From: Octopus sinensis | Taxonomy: Eukaryota | Length of the DNA stretch: 64,000 bases | Direction of reading: 5' to 3' | Assembly: GCF_006345805.1 (NCBI RefSeq) | Contig: NC_043004.1 | Coordinates: forward strand, 70,742,001 to 70,806,000 | Shown: in pieces, positions 60,193 to 64,000 of the stretch | Layout: each line of letters opens with the position of its first letter | Position numbering within the stretch: the stretch's first letter is position 1 | Position numbers and translations under genes: made by a program | Notes under the pieces: model-generated | Database searches by the model: none | What the model was told of the DNA's origin: nothing | Seen by the model: the letters and a program-made list of their open reading frames with translations, nothing else

Positions 60193-60489
60193 GTATGCAT
60201 GTATATAAAAAATTCATTAAACGAAGATAGATTCAGCTAACAAGTTATTCCTGGTCAAACCATATATATTTCTTCATACAATTCCATTCGAATCAATATA
60301 ATATATATATATGAATAAAAAATGGAGTTAACGCAGGTGTAATCAATATTTTTACTTTCGACACATGTTTCGAAAATTCCACTGATACTATTCAAAAGAA
60401 TAAATGGTATAAACAATGCAATCTGCTGCCTGGTAACTATTTATTTATTTTTCCGTGTTAATTGTTAACAAGGTAAAATACACTCATCT

Positions 60490-60516
60490 ATTTATATATA
60501 TATATATATTATATAT

Positions 60517-60566
<50 letters not shown>

Positions 60567-60622
60567 ATAATATATATATATAATATATATATAGATATAT
60601 ATTATATATATATATATATATA

Positions 60623-60664
<42 letters not shown>

Positions 60665-60905
60665 TATATATATAGATATCTATATATATCTAAATATAGA
60701 TATATATATATATAATATATATATATATATAATTATATATTATATATATATATATTATATATATATTATATATATATATATATATATTATATATACTTAT
60801 ATATATATATAATATATAATATATATTATATATATATAGATATATATATTATATGATAGATAGATAGATAATAGATAATATGTATATTAATAGATATATA
60901 TATTA
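60490..60905. repeat. Long degenerate (TA)n tract
   Basis: ~400 bp almost entirely alternating A/T. Confidence 0.95.
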
Positions 60906-60959
60906 TACTCACATACCTACAGAATTCAATCATATGTCAGAAAAAGAAGAGAAAAAAAG

Positions 60960-61109
60960 GGGGAAACCCTCACTTCCCCCATCTGACAGACCGAACGAGC
61001 GACCGGCAAAATGAATTATGTCACTTCTAGCCAGCCGTCTTTTCAGTCGGCAATTCGCTTTTCGTCCTACCGTTTACAACTTCTCTTCTGAAGTGAATTA
61101 GCGTGAAGC
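60960..61109 (+). promoter_or_regulatory. Probable CARNMT1 core promoter / 5' UTR
   Basis: Short non-repetitive, CpG-containing stretch directly before the ATG, flanked upstream by a (TA)n tract. Confidence 0.4.
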
Positions 61110-61195
61110 ATGGCGGAAGAGAATAATGTTAAGGATGCCGACGAGTTGGAGAAAGAACACTTCGTTAGGATCGTGAACGCATTTAAATACTATAG
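61110..61195 (+). CDS. CARNMT1: Carnosine N-methyltransferase-like, first coding exon (MAEENNVKDADELEKEHFVRIVNAFKYY-R)
   Basis: gcATGGCG start, donor ag|gtgaga; E.EHF.RI.NAF.YY matches the recalled CARNMT1/C9orf41 N-terminus (EREHFWKIINAFRYY). Only one exon is in the window. Confidence 0.8.
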
Positions 61196-61397
61196 GTGAG
61201 ATTCTCATCATGTTTCACCATCATCAGTGTCGTTATTGTAATTATTATTATTGTGATTATTATTCCTTGTGACTCTAATTATTATATGTATATGTGTATG
61301 GTGTGTATGTATACATATTTGTATTTTATTGTGAAGGTGGGTAGCATTATATATACATGTATTCATGTGTGTGTGTGTGTATCCATAGATATATATA

Positions 61398-61433
<36 letters not shown>

Positions 61434-61745
61434 TATATATATACACATATATATATATATGTGTATATATATATGCACATATATATATATATGTATTTAT
61501 ATACATGTATGTATTTACGCGTGTGTTCACACACACCGCTAACATGCAACTTCTTGTTTTTGTTGTCTAAATATATTTTTATATTATATATAAACATATG
61601 CTAGTTACCTCGTGCACATTCGCACACGCGCATGCATTTACACACGCACATGCATGTGTGAATATATATATATATATATATGTTTATATGAATATATATA
61701 TATATATGTGAATATATATATATATGTTTATGTGAATATATATAT

Positions 61746-61776
<31 letters not shown>

Positions 61777-62419
61777 GGTAGCTAGGTGTAGGTACATGTG
61801 TTGGTTAATTGCAGCATAAACATAGACGTAATTACGCGCACTCACTGCTTTTATAAATGTGTGTGTTTGTGAGTGAAAGAGAGAGAGAATGTGATTGTGT
61901 GTGTGTGTGTTTATATGTATAATGTGTATGCGTGCGCAAATACAGCTTTATTTCATTGTTCCTTAATTGTTATTGTTGTTAGCAGCACATGCACTCACAC
62001 ACACACACACACGCACCGACTTCCACATCCAAGCGCGTGCACACATTCTCTCTCTTCCTCCCTCCCCCATGGACACAAACGCACTTGCAATTCTCTCACA
62101 CATGCACTTTCTCTCTCATAAACACCATCTCATAAACACGCACACATTCTCTCTTATATACACACACACACACACGCACATTCGGCACAAAACCCCGCTA
62201 ATATGTTCCTGATTCTCGCAAGTGTTGTATTTTGCGCATTCACTTGCACTCTGGAACGGCATGAAAGCCACAGATTCCTATTATTTCGTCTCTTGTATGT
62301 TCTGAAGGAGTCATAGTTACTGTATTTCCGCATGCATAAATACAAATACATAAAATTCTTCCTCTTAATGTTGATTTTTGTAGCAGTTTATATGATTCTC
62401 ACTCTCTGTCTCTATCACA

Positions 62420-62421
62420 CA

Positions 62422-62480
<59 letters not shown>

Positions 62481-62555
62481 TTGTCTGTCTATCTATCTAT
62501 CTATCTATCTATTTGTCTGTCTATCTATCTATCTATCTATTTGTTTGTCTATCTG

Positions 62556-62628
<73 letters not shown>

Positions 62629-62675
62629 TTGTCTGTCTATTTATCTATCTATCTATTTGTCTATCTATCTATCTG

Positions 62676-62710
<35 letters not shown>

Positions 62711-62793
62711 CTCTCTCTCTCTCTCTCTCTGTATGTATCTATCAATCTATCTATCTGTATGTATGTTTGTATGTATGTATGTATGTATCTCTA

Positions 62794-62844
<51 letters not shown>

Positions 62845-62870
62845 GTCTGTCTATATCTATCTATCTTTCT
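62420..62870. repeat. (TATC)n/(TC)n compound microsatellite
   Basis: Direct reading; source of the spurious YLSI ORFs. Confidence 0.95.
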
Positions 62871-63419
62871 TTCCGCCCGTCCGTCGGTCTGTCTGTCTCT
62901 ACATACATACACATATACACGTATGCATGCATTCAAATAAGTATTTGTCTACGTATCTATATATATATATGTATATATGCATACACATGTATGTGTGTAT
63001 GTGTTTGGTGTGTGTATATATTTTGAACTACTAGTTTGTGTTGTGTATCACACACACACACATATTCAGCTCTTTCACTCTACATATACATACATTTCTC
63101 TCTTTCTCTCTATGTATCTAACCATCTATGTATATGTGTGTGTGTGGTGTATATATATATATATATATATATCCATTACTGCTATTCGGTGTCGTTATAA
63201 TAAACATATAAACAACACACGTAGTGATCGGAGACTTTCATTATATTCTGCTATTAACCATTTCCGAACTGTATATTCTGTCTGTATCGCATGCAAGTGT
63301 CTACACGCATTACATACATACATATATGGATTTTAATGTTTGTATAGGTAGGTGTGCATGTTTTCGTGTGTATATATATGTGTGTGTGTGTGTATGTATA
63401 ATTGGTTTTTAATGGTTGT

Positions 63420-63590
63420 TGAGGGTTAATGTATATTTGTGAATGTGTGGATGTTTGTGCGTGCGTATGTGTATGTGTGCGTGTGTGTATGTGTGGGTGC
63501 GTGTGTGTGTGCGTGTGTCCGTGTGTGTGTGTGTGCGTGTGCGTGTATGTGTGTATGTGTATGTGTGTATGTGTCTGTGTTCTCTAGTAA
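63420..63590. repeat. (TG)n compound microsatellite
   Basis: Direct reading. Confidence 0.9.
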
Positions 63591-63910
63591 ACATGCACTT
63601 GATTTACGCTGCTTTTCCTCTCCTCCGAAACCCTATAGCTGTTACCATGGCTAAATATCGCGGCAAAAACACATACACACCGTCTTACAAACATGCACGC
63701 ACGCACCATCACGCAAACACACACACAACCATATAAACACACATACAAACACACGCTTTTATAAACATATAAACACGCGCCTATTTACATATACTCGCGC
63801 GCTCACACGGCATTGATTTCGTTCATTACAACTCTTACCTCCACGACCACCACCACATTTACAGTTTACTCGAAATAACGACAGACACAACGAACAAGGA
63901 AACGATTGAG

Positions 63911-63978
<68 letters not shown>

Positions 63979-64000
63979 GTCCTCTATGCGATTGTTCGAC

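Noticed and set aside
62332-63034. 170-200-aa YLSI-repeat ORFs
   Set aside because: Translations of a (TATC)n microsatellite.

Overview
AT-rich, microsatellite-dense animal genomic DNA. The SINE/RTE content suggests an octopus (coleoid cephalopod); that assignment is inference. Two genes were reconstructed by manual translation. (1) On the minus strand, 18 coding exons (41981 down to 371; 1893 nt = 631 codons, all GT-AG, phases consistent throughout) encode the N-terminal part of SKIC3/TTC37, the TPR subunit of the SKI complex; the gene runs off the left edge. (2) On the plus strand, the first coding exon (61110-61195) of a CARNMT1-like carnosine N-methyltransferase lies head-to-head with SKIC3. 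Most of the rest is transposon-derived: three large RTE-clade LINE pieces whose RT contains a PHD-type finger, about 20 short RTE 3'-end copies, several tRNA-derived SINE families, mariner/Tc1 remnants, MITE-like fold-backs, Helentron-like elements, a 1.7-kb tandem duplication and simple repeats. Nearly all ORF-track entries are repeat artefacts. The most interesting signal is a set of Penelope-type minimal hammerhead ribozyme motifs. These include a ~300-nt element that joins a tRNA-like Pol III head to a hammerhead and occurs at two independent loci, both times as an inverted (fold-back) dimer. All alignments to known proteins and RNAs are from memory, not database searches.
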